From contig CM041465.1 in the NCBI GenBank assembly GCA_023213395.1, positions 186,937,741-187,001,740 of the forward strand: DNA of 64,000 bases, given 5' to 3'. The notes under the pieces were generated by a model. That model was not told the DNA's origin. It saw only the letters and a program-made list of their open reading frames with translations, and searched no databases. Every line of letters begins with the position of its first letter. Within the stretch, counting starts at the first letter, position 1. Shown one piece after another: positions 26,465 through 40,458 of this stretch. This stretch comes from Cycas panzhihuaensis. Taxonomy: Eukaryota > Plantae > Cycadophyta. The translations under genes and the position numbers were made by a program.

Positions 26465-27199
26465 AAGTAGGTGACTCACACTAAAGCTAAAAAGACAATG
26501 CTTTCATAGAAAATGATTCTTGAAGCCTCCAACAGTGATAGTCCCTTCAAGAACAATTGTGCCCTAGACATTTTCTAATACCATGATAAACTACATAGCA
26601 TCTAAAATTAAGCACTCTCTTCAACAAATGGAATGTGACTCTTTTGCTTCATTGAATCATAATGAGAAAGAATAGTACACAAATACAAAAGAGGAGAGCC
26701 AACATGTGTGACTAGTGTCCAATATGCAAAGCTTATTAAAAATGAGACTATAGTATAGAAAGAATGATCTAAAACACAAGAATGGAAAGTACATATTCTA
26801 TAGTACAAAATACAATGATGCATTAATATTTTTAACAATTTTTCCATCATTCATATCATGTGCTTCCCTGTATAATGTTGTCCTATCTAAGCAATCTGAC
26901 TTCCTCTTTATTGAATTGAGAAGACTTGTAAAATACAAAAGTACAAAGGTTCAATGTGTTGTTCACATTGTTACAATTGTCAATAGCTTCACCAAAGTAC
27001 AATATTTCTAAGTTTCTTAAACTAATAAAACAAGAATGTTGCATCCCAAACACTAGATGGAGCATGCAATAAGCTCCCATCTTACAAGTAGGATGTTTTA
27101 CAAAAATAAATACATTTATAGGAAAAGAAAATAAAATATATTATAATCATCTCTAAGAAATAAACATTCATACAACAATATTGTATTACACTATCTAAT

Positions 27200-28850
27200 T
27201 CTATTATTGTTGAAGATGGGTTGTTATATGGTTGGCCACAAGAACAAAGGTTCAACCGAAGTTGGATCTCACAACAATTATAGAAAGGTTACAAAAATAA
27301 ATAGTGTGGCTAAAACTGGAAAAGTAGAAATCTCGCAAAGCTTCCATTACAAGAACATGAGATAAATGGTATGAAGATGCCAGACATGCACTCATGACAT
27401 AAAGGAATGTTGACACAAACCTAGGAGCAATCAAGGTTGCAGAGGAGGCTTCTACGGAGGACCTAGAGGAGGCAAATCCACTAGAAACATTGTTGATGAA
27501 AAGTTGAAACATGGCCCAAGAAACTTGAAACCCTCATGATATGCTATAAATGGGTTCATTATAACGCATATTTCCCTTTACTTATTGCAAAATGTTATTG
27601 TAAGAAATGTGGTCCCAAAGACTATGAATGGAAGGACTATAAACTCTATCCAATAAAACAAAACCTGTGAATACCATTGCAATTGTATTGGACAAAGGAA
27701 AACATTTGAATGTTTGTAGCAAGAATAAGGAACAAATACTTAAGGTTAACAAAAATATCACTTTGGGACAATTGGTTGAAGCCATGAAGGTAGTTGATGA
27801 AGCAAAGAAAAAGGTTGTTGCCCAAAAACAAGCTATAGAAGCAACCTATAGCCATATAAATACGAAAAAACTTGAGATACAACTTGAAAAATAGAAACAA
27901 GTAAAAGAACTCGTGGAAGCTCAACACTATGCTTTAAAAAACACCATAACTCACTTATCAACAAAGTAGAAGCTACAGACTTCACAAAAGCCAACTAGAA
28001 AATTTTATTTAATTGTGCCAATGTCAAAACTCTTCAAATGGTGAAGATAAACAAACCCCAACAAGATCCAATTACTACCTAAAAATGGCAAATCAAATGC
28101 AGGCTTGATAAATAGCTATATTACATAATCTATCTACCCATTGGAGTGGCAAGTATTCTCACTATTTAGGAATTTGTTGTTATTAAAATGCAACCAAGAG
28201 TACCTACAAACTCTATCTTGTTCGAACAACCATGGTCAATTGTAACTAATGCTATTCAAAAGTAGGAAAATCTGCCTTCACATTGTTTGGGGGAAGGATT
28301 TAAGATAAGCTTATCAATGATATTTGAAGGGCCTAGTTTCAAAAGGATTAAGCATGATGAACCGTTTACTTGCTCAGTAGCTAAACCAATTATTAGTTCA
28401 ACAAATCAATGTGAAGAAGTCTCATGGGAAGCAAGAAGAATGCATCCATAATTTAAAACCAACAACCATTATAATGGCAATCATTTAATTAAAATGGCTT
28501 ATGTGATGATCAATTGGATGAACCAAGCCTATGGTGGCAATAGGATGAGCTAAGCCTATAGTGGATGTGAAATAGGATGCTTCTATATAGCCTTGGAGGA
28601 AGGCACTCATGAAGCCAACCCAACCAATGATTCTCGACAGTGGGAAATTTTGTTAGTAAATGAGATAACATGATTGTCACTTCCTTTAGCATTAAACATT
28701 AATGGCATCTCCAAAGAACGATAATACAAATCTAGAGAAAACACAAACTCTAAACAACCTATTGCACAAATAAGAGCCTAGGGGAATGTAGTCCTTGAAA
28801 AACATTCTTAGAAATAGCTGAGCCACAAATTACACCACCCTATAATGTGA
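27200..28850 (+). mobile_element. Very decayed Ty3/gypsy-like gag-protease-integrase remnant
   Basis: Zinc-knuckle-like CYKWVH/YCKKCG, NITLGQLV linker (27667-27894), protease-end-like SILFEQPW ~28215-28240, integrase-like FSIKH ~28685. Confidence 0.4.
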
Positions 28851-29960
28851 TTGGGAGAAAGCAAAACATGGAAACAATCTTATGTTACAAAGGGAAGGAA
28901 CTTACAAATAATTAGAAAGATTGAATGGCAAGTAAAAGAGCTACCAAACGTCACAACAATAATAAGGTTTGTCAATTATTGCTTATGTTTACAAAAAATC
29001 AAAATTTGGAAGAGAGGGAGGGGTTGGGAAGGGGGGGTGAGGCAGAGGGGGTGTAGGGGGTTATGGAGGCATGTATACTGCAACCGAAAAAAGAAGGGGA
29101 AAAAAAAAAACAAGATCCATTATCACAAGCTGAGAAGTAGGAAGGTTAGATTTAGTAAAATGGTTAAATATGTCAAATACCAAGTAGTATTGACAGAATT
29201 AAAAAAAAAACACGAATAATTGATAAACTATACAGCCTTCTTGCATTACAAGAAAAAATGAGGGCTTATAATGGAAATATTGAAATTCGAAAATATGCCT
29301 TGAAAAATAAAAATTGAAAATTGAATAAACATATGCAACCCAAAGAATTCATCTACCACACTAAGAAAAGCAAACTTATAAGAGATTCACTAGAAACCCA
29401 AGATTTTAAAACAACAAGAAAACTAAAACTTTAATCAATATACTAACAAACAAAAGCATTATGATTAGGTAAAGAAATTGAAAATCAAAAAGTGCACAAA
29501 ACTAAAAAAGCAACTTAGAAACACCCTAACTCAGTGAAAACCAAAGATCATAAAATAAACAGCAAATTTCTTTGTTATTTCACCATTGGTGAATATGAAA
29601 ATTGAAGAAAGAGCGCCATGAGAGAAATACTGTGGAACATATTTGGTTAATGCTAGGGAACAAAATGGGACTCATCACAATGCATGAGGTAGAATTCTAA
29701 GTGAAAGATAATCAAACAATTCATCAATTATGGACTATGCTTCCCAAAAATAATGAATAAAAGGTTGCCATCAATGCCATTAGATTAGGACAATGGATTG
29801 AAATATCATCACAAATATAAAATGAACTATTGTCAACAATAGCTAATCCAATTAGCAGCAAACCCAATATTCTCAATTTGACTAAAGGAAGTATGACTAG
29901 GTTTACAAGATTACTACAAGTTCTATATTGTCTAACCCATAAGCAAATTAGACATAGATC

Positions 29961-32900
29961 TGATGCGGGTTCCCATGAAGTATGTGAGAAATCTATGCAT
30001 GTGGAAGCTTGAAGAGAGAATTCACACCAAAACAAATGATAGGCACCAAAGTTTCTTCAATCGAGGTCTTATGAGCAAGCGCCTTAAAAAAAAGAAAAAA
30101 GAAAGCCTCATGAGAAGAGGAGGAGGGCACACGAGATTTAGAATGTACAATTAGGAGGAGCGCACTTATATACAAAAGGCTCCTCAATAATAATAATAAT
30201 AATAATAATAAAACCCTAAAGCTAAAAATAAACTCACTTAAATAATTAGGTAAATCTATAGTCATTAATGATGAGGCGAATTAAAGCCCGCATGGGCTAG
30301 CGTAGTATCAAGGACAGGGTCTCACCCCTGAGCCCCGAGTTTGAGTCTCTTCGGAGATGAATGCTTGTTTGGGGGCTTCTAAAGTGCTAGTCTTTCGTTA
30401 GTGCCAACATGATGTCCAAGTTTTTCTCGATAGTACCGGACTATAGGTAGATAGTACTATCCCAAGAGGTATAGGGGTGATTGTAAGGATGTCAATTCCT
30501 CTCGATTATCAAAAAAATATGATGAGGCGAATTAATTAATATGTGTGTCAATGTGCATACTTGAGAAAAAGTACGTAAGAGTACAAAGGGGGCTCATAAA
30601 CATAACCCAAAATCATGTGAATAAGCCTCATCATTTCCTCCCTACTTAGGAGGAAAATGTCCCCACTTTCAAGGCACCAAGAAGGTTGGAATGCATATCT
30701 ATAGATGAAAAAGCCAAATGCTTGAAACCCTAGTGTTGAATGCTTTCAAATTGTATTGGATGGGAAAAGTATCGCTATAAAGCTACCTAAGAGAAGCATC
30801 TAGCTTGTGAGAGCAAGCAACCTCATGTATCCACCAAATAGAACATTGACTACTAATGCTAGCCACATGTACGAAGCTTGAGGATCATGTTGGCCAATCA
30901 AGGAATGTAGGAGCTATCTGCCTCTTGAACAAGAGTAATATGAGCAAATCCTCCTCCCTACTTAAGAGTGGGACCAACGGCATGTACTACAAGAGAACCT
31001 GGAGAGGATGGGAGTACAAAAGCTAAACCATTGGGGTGATGAAAAACTTCCTGCATACCTCTCAATGAAGAAGATGCCATAAATGAAAGAGGATTGATAA
31101 ACAAGTCCTAAGAAGGCAACAAAGCTAGAAGGTCTAGACTAATCAAAGCTATTATATTTGTTATTGCTAGTGTGTGCATCATAGATGGAAGAAGAGTGGC
31201 AAGTTGTTCTTGCTAATGTGCACATCGTGGACATGATGTTGATCAATCTAGAAGCATGATGGACACAACAAGCTTAGTAGTTTTTGAATCTAGCATCTAG
31301 AGTGAAGTATGTACATCTTTTGACTCTTGTGCAACTGGTAGGTGTGGCATAAGGCATCATACTAAGCAGCCCTATCAAACTACTAGGGCTTCCCTAAGAG
31401 AAGCTAGCAACAATCCATCAAAATCACGTCATAAGTAGCAGAATCAATGATAGGTGGAATGGCAAATGTGACTATGCAAATCCTATCTACTATTGTATGT
31501 GGACCTCCCTAATAAAACCAACCAAGATAGTATGGTGAAGGGTGTGGTTGTGTGGGAAGGCCCAAGTCTACAACCAAATATGCTGAGAAATTTTTGGTTG
31601 TCATTGTCCAAAATGCATAAAATAATCTAATTCTTCACTTGAAATAGATGGGTGAAGAGAGCCTTGTGATCAGGTATGGCATGATAGTTGGTCATGAGAA
31701 CCACATTAGGATCTAATTATGAAAGAGGAAAACACAAAATGATTGGATTTGTTGTCGAATCCTTCTGTCCAACCAAAGCAGTGGATTGTGTGCATTCCTA
31801 TTACATGTGACATTCCTTGCTGGAATGACAAGATGACTTATGGAAGTCACAATATTTCTATGTAGCCTTGCCCTTGCTTGTCGCAGAAGAGGAACTAACA
31901 CCCTTTAGCCAAGGAACCCATGTATCCTATCACTATTGAGGATGTATGTACTTAGGTTGAGCTCATTGTGGGGGCCCCTAAAAAGCTGGCGAGAAGAGTG
32001 TCTAGCATGCATGTGACTCTTAACTTTGAGAGTGTACTAGAAAGCCCGGTCTAGAGAGAGGATGATGAGCAAGTCCAACTCCCACTAAACAAAAGGAATA
32101 AGACCCTTAATGAATTTGATCTTATGATCAAAATCAAAATCTGTGATCTCCAAAGAGATGGCCAATTTGTGGAATTGGTCAATGTGTCACTGCACTAAAT
32201 GGGCAAGAAGTTATCTTAAACCATACCATTGTGCCTTATGTTCATTCTCATAGTCCAAAGGATAAAATAAGTCCGTCAATGCCTGCTTCATGGATGCCCA
32301 TGAGCGTGAGCATAGTATGTCTGCCACCATGGCAAGGCCCTATCTTGCATGTGAATCTCTGCAATGGTGATCTTATCAGCACTTATAAGCACCTATGACT
32401 TGAAGAAGACCTCAAGATTGCGTTGCCAACTGTTTAATGTGTTAGCATCCAGAGTACCATTGAACTTTGGGACAATGAACCTAGTATCCAACTCAAAGGC
32501 TAGTTGATGGATGGGGATGGCCTAAGGAAGACGCTATGGACCCTAATGTCATTGTTGGCACAAATGATCTTGAAACATCTACATAATGTTATTCATGAGG
32601 TCTTGCTAAATTGCACAATTAGTCTAGCTCAACTCATGCATGGCCTCTCTGTCGATTTGTCTAATGGCTCTGAACTCCTAAGCCATGAGCCATGAATTGT
32701 AACGGATCCATGTGTATAGCCCCAATAGAAGTGGCATCTTCTTCTTTTTCAAGAGTGAATAAATAGCCTTCCTCTACCATGTGAGAGAGCATAACATGTA
32801 ACAAAAAGACTTGCCCAAGTGATAAAAATCCACTAAGACAATTTCAAAATTATTATAAATTAATCAAAGAATCTCAAAATCACTTATCTAGCAAGTGAAG

Positions 32901-33656
32901 GTGCTTGCATGCACCAAAAAGGGCTTTACATGCATCATGCAAATGCTTACACATGATTTGAAGCACATGTAGAGGCCTCAAATGGAGTGTTAGAGCACCA
33001 GGTGCAATGAAAATGAAGCATTCAACACAAATTTTAATGAGAATCTCATGTGTTGAGGGGCATGCAACAAGTTTCACCACATGCAACATTGTTTGAAGCA
33101 TGAAATTAACATGTAACAGTTTCTACCCCTCTTGTATGCCAAAATCTAGTCTCAAATTTTTAACGCATGCACTCCCATTAGCAGATGCATGGTACATGTA
33201 GTGTTAGTGTTGTTTTTGAATCAGTGTGGGTTGTTGGCACTTCTCCTTCGAAGGACAATGTGATGTGTTCAAATGTAGTGATGATGCGTGAGTGCTCTAA
33301 ACGAGGAGGTTCCTCATGGGCTCATGTAAATTGATGAATCAACTAAGGAGGTTGATAGAGGTCCCTCATTTCAGCTCAGATACCAACTGATGTGAATTCC
33401 CCTAAAGCATGTGAGAAATATATGCATGCAAAAGCTTGAAGGGAGAATTCACAACAAAATAGATGATAGGCGCTAGAGTTTCTTCAATCAAACTCATATG
33501 AACGAGCGCCTTAAAAGAAAAAAATTAAGTCCCATGAGAAGAGAAGAAGAGCACACAAGATTTAGAATGTGCAATTAGGAGGAGGAGCACACTTATATAC
33601 AAAAGGCTCCTCAATAATAATAATAACACCCCAATGCTAAAAATAGCCTCACTTAA
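29961..33656 (-). mobile_element. Non-autonomous gypsy-derived LTR element E carrying only gag and protease remnants (3' LTR 29961-30633; 5' LTR starts 33388 and is cut at ~33656)
   Basis: Direct repeats starting tgatg. PBS gctcagatacca 33374-33385, PPT (ttcctccctactt) next to 30633. Gag remnant VPKFNGTLDANTLNSWQRNLEVFFK..DKITIAEIHMQDRALPWWQ ~32490-32320 and protease-like LDNDNQKFLS ~31610. No RT or IN in the 2.75-kb internal region. Confidence 0.78.
30285..30518 (+). mobile_element. tRNA-derived SINE (~234 bp) inserted in the 3' LTR of element E
   Basis: Perfect 17-bp TSD atgatgaggcgaattaa (30268-30284 and 30519-30535). A-box-like tgggctagcgtag, B-box-like gagtttgagtctc, GC-richer body, A7 tail. 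Confidence 0.85.
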
Positions 33657-35960
33657 TTCTTTCATTGAATTACATCGAAGAACCATAGCCATAATAGAAT
33701 TCTTCAACTTAGGAAGAAGGAAAGAGGCATGTTAGACTTAGCACTAGAGATTAAGGAAGAGTTGAGATCCATTTTTAGGGAAATGGCTACTAAAAATCAA
33801 GATTCCAAAGTAGATGCAAATAAAGAAGTTTGTTCCATCATCCTGAAGCTAGCATCTAATGAGCAGAACAAAGCTTTATTCAAGGAGATAACCAACAAGA
33901 AGGTCAAAGGAGTGATCTTCAATATGCCTCCAGATAAAGCTCCTGGTCCTAGTGGTTCTCCTGCAAACTTCTATCAAACATTCTAGAATGTTGTAGAGGA
34001 GGATGTGGTTAGAGCTGTGGAAGAATCCAAGCAATCCCGAAAAACGCTGTCAGCCCTCAACATTACTCTTATAGCCCTAATCTCCAAAGATAAAACTCCT
34101 CCAATAATAGACAAATTAAGGCCAATAGCCTTGTGTAAAACGGCCTATAAAATTATATCTAAGGTGATGGCTCATAGATTAAAAGAGATCATGGTCAAAA
34201 TACTATCCAAGGAACAAGGAGTTTTTGTGATCAAAAGACAAATCCTAGATGACATTGTTGTGGTGTTGGAATCCATTCACATGCTTAGACAGACCAAGAA
34301 AAGTGGCATGTTAATTAAGTTGGACAAGTCCAAAGCCTACAATCATCTGAATTGGGGCTTCATGGATAAAGTCCTAGCTTTTGGCTTTGATAAGAGATGG
34401 CTGGATTGGGTTCATAGTTGCATATCTTCACCCTCCTTTTAGGTCCTGATGAATGGTGCTCCTACCCAATTGTTTATGTCTTCAAGGGCAATAAGACAAG
34501 GAGACCCTTTATTTCCTTACCTCTTTATCCTTATGGCAAAGGGTTTGGGAAGACTAATCACCAAGTTAAGACAAGAGAATCAAATTCAAGGGATTAATAT
34601 TGCACAAAATTCAAGCAGTTTCTCATCTGCAATTTGTTGTTGACACCTTACTTATGGGAACAACCTTGATAAGAGAAGCCAAAGCCTTGAAAAGAGTTGT
34701 TAACGCCTTCCTTCAAGTCTCTTGTGGAATGATTAATGAAGAAAAATCAAAAATCTTCTTTTTTAATATTCATCCCCAGATCCAAAAGAACATTAGCCAA
34801 ATATTGAAATTTCCTATATCTTCTCTTCCAAATAAATACTTGGGTGTACCTCTTATGGGAAACTTGCAAAGAAATAATGCATGGGAGGAGATAACTAATA
34901 AGATTAAAGCCAAACTTGATAGATGGCACTTCTAGTATCTTGCTCTGACAAGTGGAATGATTGTGATCAGATTGCTTCTTCAAGCCATACCTATCTACAT
35001 ATTCTCGACTTTGGCTTCTCCACTGAAGGTAATTGAGAATATTGAAAACCTTCAAAATAAATTGTTATGGGGAGGTCCACAACTAGAAAATAAATGACCT
35101 TTGGCGTGTTGGAAGAAGGTGTGTGCTCCCAAAGACAAAAAGGACCTTAATGTCAAGCACCAGAAGGCCTTTAATAAAGCCCTCAATGCTAGATTATTAT
35201 GGAGATGGCTGAAAGAGAGCTCAACACTATGGGATCAAAATTGAAAAGAAAGGGTTGTTAGCCTTTTGGATTGGGAGGATGTAATTAGGCTTCTTGATCC
35301 ACCAAGAGGCTAGATTATCTAGAATGGGGCTATTCAAAGCTTGGATACTCTATAGACAAACAACTTTTGGAAAGTTAGCAACAGTGAGAAAGCCTTTAGG
35401 AAGACTCTTCAAACAAATTCAAGCCTCTAATAAACCAAGCTAACATGGCCAATGTTAAGGAGGAATTCTGTAGAGTGGGGTGAATTCGAGTTAAAGATTA
35501 TTTGATAGTTGAAACTGGGAATGATGGTATAAAGAATACTATTAATAAATTTAGAAAACACTAGACAATTGGCTAGAAGAATTACCTAAGGAAGATAAGG
35601 AGAGGTTTTGGGGCCTTCTCCTAAAAAAAGTCCTCCCTATCAAATTTGGAACAAACATTCTAAGATGGAGCTCAAATGGGAAAGGTAGTTTCTCAGTCAA
35701 ACAGGTTTATAGTTTTTGTGTTACAGACAAGGGAAGTTCAAGCTCCAAAGGGCTTTGGAAGAGAATATAGAATCTGGCCTTATGGCCCAAAATATCTACC
35801 CTTTTACAATTGGTCTCCCACAACAATATTTTAACTTGGAAGAATCTTAGGAAGAGAGGAATGATGGGTCCTTCAATATGTGTAATCTATGCAAGCTCAG
35901 AAGAAGACATTAATCATCTCTTTTTAAATTGCAAATTTAACAAACACTATTAGGATTAAA
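33657..35960 (+). mobile_element. 5'-truncated L1-type LINE ORF2 fragment (RT and zf-RVT), decayed
   Basis: KAPGPSG, LRPIALCKTAYKIISK, KLDKSKAY, RQGDPLFPYLF, SHLQFVVDTL, KYLGVPL, and the C-terminal WPKI..ILTWKNLRKRG..PSIC..EEDINHLFLNC. Confidence 0.93.
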
Positions 35961-36797
35961 TGGAACTCATCATCAAATTTCCGATTATAGTATTTTCCCT
36001 ATAGTAAGTACAATCCAAACCTCTGAAAACCATCCGTCGAAATTGAATTGACACACCTTAAATACCAACATCAAATTTTCCAAACATAGTTTCTCACATT
36101 TGGCAACACACATCACAACAAATAGAACCATACATTGAAACCATTAGAACACCTCAAACTTAAATCATTAAACTTTCGTAAATGCCAATGAGATTGGCAA
36201 CTTATTTTCCACTTGGGCATACAAGAAATTCATGGTGGAAAATCATAGTTGGTTATTTTGTGTTAGTAGGCACAATATGCCACATACCATTGTAATGTTA
36301 CCCCTTAATAATAGTAACAAGATCTATTACCCATTAGCTTCTATGATTGGTTCTTTATTGCATCCAATGCTACACTATAAAGGTCCCTCTTCATAAGGAT
36401 GCCACGAGGCAACCTCCAAGACTACTTGAGCTCACATTTGAACACAAAATGAACCACAAGACCTGTGAACAATATGCCTGCTAACAATCCACAAAAATTT
36501 ATAACTGTATGTGCTCCAAATGACACTCGTGCAAGCAATAATCACATAATTCACTCTCTCTTAAAACATACAACTCATAAATAAATAATCATTTGCCACT
36601 GAAATACCATCACATCATATCGAAAGAGCATTAACACAAACTTAGAATACAAAACTTATCTTTAGTAGAAAAATGTCAAATTGCTCACAGAGGGTTCACT
36701 ACCTAGCTAATCGAAAGCTCCTCTCGAGAATCTGGCCCCATGCTAAGGCATGTGAAATATGTGAAGTGGTACTAGTGATTGGCTCTAGAGTCTCATC

Positions 36798-39700
36798 TAT
36801 TAGAGTGGCAATTTAGGTTAATTGCTTGTGGTTAATGCGAAGTGTAGATTAATTAATATTAAGTCAAAAGACATGAATACCAAGAGTTGCAATCATTGGC
36901 TTAATGCATCATTTGGGGTATTATATAAATCCCTTGGTGGCATTTATAATATATATCAATCAAGATTGGAAAAATGTAGTTGACCATTATTTTTGTGTGG
37001 GGTTTTTCTTCAAAGGGTTTTCCAACATTAAACATGTATGCTATGTACTTTGCTTTTTGAGGCTTGCTTTCTATGTATAATCAAGATTCTGGTTGTTTGA
37101 AAATGCATGATTTATTATTTCATATTTCTTCACATGGTATAAGAGTTGAACAGATGCACAAAGTTGGGGCTGCAATTGGGTGGAGGTGATAAAATTGAAG
37201 GCTACCTAGTAATGTTGGTGAGAACCCTACTTATGGCAATTTTAATCTTCTCCAACAACTAAAAGGGTGTCACAATGGTGCAATGATTATTGAAGAGGTG
37301 AAATTCACCTATTAATAAATTTTTAAACCTTTGTTTATGCTCAAATAATGATGTTTGGTACCATCAAGATCATGTTGGTCTCATGTTGAAGCATTTCAGG
37401 GTTGGTTGGGCATGTTGTGCACTCTAATTGCCTATTGGGCTATGTTTGATGATAATCTGGCAATGGTGAGTTGTGTTGGCCATGTTTTGAGAATGTCAGG
37501 TTCCATTTAAAGATCATGTGGACACATTAGGCATCAAATTCTTGTGCCTGGACAACAGAGAGTCTATTGGCACCTTCCGTAAGCGTGATTAAGCTCATTT
37601 TAGGGCATTTTATGATTGATTTTTGGAAGTGTGGTGTTGCACACTACTATTTTGGGTGTTTTAATGCACATTGGAGATCAAGTGAATGTTTTTGGAGCCA
37701 AGAGATGTTGTTCGATCATGTTGGTTCGTATTTTCATATGTAAATTGTCATAGGTTTGTGTTTGAAGCCACACGAGTTGTCAATTTGTGTTGGAATAGTT
37801 GTGGATCAAAATTTGTAGCCATTCATCACTGTTGGGCTATGGATGTCACTCATAGAGCCATAGAGAGGCGACTGTAAAAAACGTGGTGCATTATTTCATA
37901 TTAGGACATCGGTGACGTTTTCAAAGTGATATTCATTATATAGTAAGGTTAGAACCTTAGTAATACATATTACAAATATTAAAACAATTTTTATCACGTG
38001 ATTTAAGTTACAATTTTTTTTAAAAAGTCACACATATGATTTTCGGAGAACATAGCCACCCTTTTAAAAGGGATTATTTCGTTTCTTAAATTTGAACTTA
38101 ACCATTTAGAGTTGTGAAAGGAAATGAAGCTATCACATCTTGAGAAAAATACTTAATTGATGAGCAATTTAATCGTCAATTGGAAACGTGGACCTAGAGC
38201 ATCAAGGAGTGGGGATTATTCCTTGTCTAATGGAATCCATGCAAAACTGTTTCAAAGCCTTTCTAGCTTGGTTTTTTAAGCTTTTGGAGGCTATGTTTAT
38301 TGCATGAAGTTGCATAGAGAACACTTTGATGTCATTGAAAATTTATAGTGAGACTGTGTGTAGATTAGTTATGTTGAAACCTTATTCTCACATGGAGACC
38401 ATCATATGGAGATCCTGCTTGATGTAAGATCATTTTAAAGAGCTTGATGGTGTGAGAACACATATTGCATGGAGCATGTTGTGTGTGTTGTTGGCCACCA
38501 CGTGTGGTATGTTTATCACTATGTGTGATGGATTGTGTGTGTATTAGACCAAGTGACACATTATGCTTGTTATTGGCCTATGTTAGGGTCAAATCTAGTA
38601 CTTGTGCATTTGAGCTATCGAATAGTACAATCGGCATCTAACAAAACATGGTGAGTGCAAGAAAACAGCCCAACAAGCATCCAAGCACAGGAACGTATGT
38701 TATTCAGGCGAAAATAACCAGAAAAGACTTCTCTGAGAATGCATGACAAGGTGTGTTCTAAAATAGGAATGCATAACAAGTCATTTCATAATAGGAACGC
38801 ACTGTGCAAAATGAAAGGAATGCAAGCAAGGCGTCAACAAAGGACAAACATTTAGATTAACAAGTGTAATAAAGCATAATTAAGAAATGATCAGTGGAAT
38901 CACTATAAAAGGGCATGAGTTATGTAAAAGGTAAGGGTATTTATAGATCATTTCTCACCATTTTGGATGTGAGAGCCAAGTCAACTGATCATAAATCATT
39001 CTCTCTAGTGTGAGAGCCGAGTAAGTGAGCCTTGTGTTATGTTCTCAAAGGTGCGAGAGCCAAATATGTTACAATGGTGATCATATTCTAGAGAGAAAAA
39101 GCCATATGATGATGTATAAGTGAACTCAACATTGATATTTCTTAATAAAATTATAAGTTATATGGAAATTGTGTATCATGTGTTGACTTTGATTAGCACA
39201 CAATGTTGTGACGGATGATAATGTTGTGTTATTGCAATGATACATTGTGGACTTATGTGGCATGTGTGTGTTAAGTGACTCACATTGACACAAGCCCTAA
39301 TTAGACTACCAAAAGTGACCTTTTGACAAGTGTACTTTTTAAGGGATAGAAAGTGAAGTCAATAGCCTAAAATTGTGTGGACAAGTTAATTAACATGTGA
39401 ATTCCATTTAAAAGATTATGATGCATTTGAGAGGTAGCATTATTGATTTGAAAAGTGTGAAGTTGCATGTGAAGCATAGAGACCACACATATGAAGCATG
39501 AGGTTGCATTTGTAGTATGAGAAGCCATATGTAAAATATGGAGGCCATATACAAAGCATAAAAGTGGCATTTGAAGCATTAGAGCATTCTCCTACATTAT
39601 TTAAAGGGGTACAGAGCTTCAAAACGTAATCAAAACTCATCTCTCAACCCATCGTAAAGCCATTCGAGGTCTGGATTGTGTGGCATGCAAAAGAAGTCAT

Positions 39701-40458
39701 TGTTGGGCAACATTTGTGTAATTCCAAGAGAAAGCACTAAGCTAATCTACAGGTGTTGAGCTTTTCTAAGAGGTGTGACATGGAGAGAAGCTGCAAAGGA
39801 AGTGGATTCAGAGTGCCTACCAGAATTAGGCATATTAATTGTTGAAAGAAGTGATCCAAAGGAAGCTTAAACAGACAAAGTTTACAACTATGGCCTAATA
39901 AAGTTGACATTGACTCCAGATTAGATAACCCTCATTCACAACCTAAACACAATACATCAAATGGTTGTATAAAGATGTTTATTATCTCATGTTACTACCA
40001 TTTCTTTTAAAGTCATAAGCGAAGACTAAAATGAAGATGGACCAAGTGATGCCAATAATAGAAGATATATGAAATTCAAGTTAGTTTCAAAATTTAGCGA
40101 AATTATCCTAGAGGGGGCATGTGTCAAGTGCAAACAACACAGGAAGGACAAATCCAATCTTCACCAAAGATTTCAAACTATAGACCGAATACCCACTTTC
40201 GCATTAAGGGGGGATGTTAGAGTGGCAATTTAGGTTAACCACTTGTGGTTAATGCTAAGTGTTGATTAATTATGCCAAAAGACACAAATACCAAGCGTTG
40301 CAACCATTGAATTAATGCACCGTTTGGCATATTATATGAACCCCTAGGTGCCATTTGTAATATGTATCAATCAAGGTTGGAAGAAATGGAGTCGACTATT
40401 ATTCCTATGTGGGTTTTTTCTTCCCACGTAAAACTTGTGTTCAAAAATGCATGATTTA
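36798..40458 (+). mobile_element. Non-autonomous LTR element I nested in the 3' LTR of H (5' LTR 36798-37134; 3' LTR 40215-~40458, truncated)
   Basis: Direct repeats t(a/g)ttagagtggcaatttaggttaa. PBS tggtataagag at 37135, PPT aagggggga before 40215. The ~3.1-kb internal region has no recognisable pol. Confidence 0.8.
38581..39170 (+). repeat. Probable truncated LTR fragment inside element I
   Basis: Begins tgttagggtc. Contains a tataaaa box, three ~42-bp-spaced gtg(a/c)gagagcc repeats and aataaaa. No clear 3' CA or TSD. Confidence 0.35.

Larger units (their letters stand above)
17875..26858 (-). mobile_element. 3'-truncated Ty1/copia element C (5' LTR 26584-26858, gag, protease, integrase, start of RT); interrupted by element D in its 5' leader
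   Basis: LTR with tgata..tatca termini and PBS-like tttctaatacca 26572-26583. gag ~20405-19700, WYIDSGAS protease (19120-19668), integrase remnants 18263-19020. The RT N-terminus (WEKAMNNEI..NNTWE) breaks off near 17875. Confidence 0.8.
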
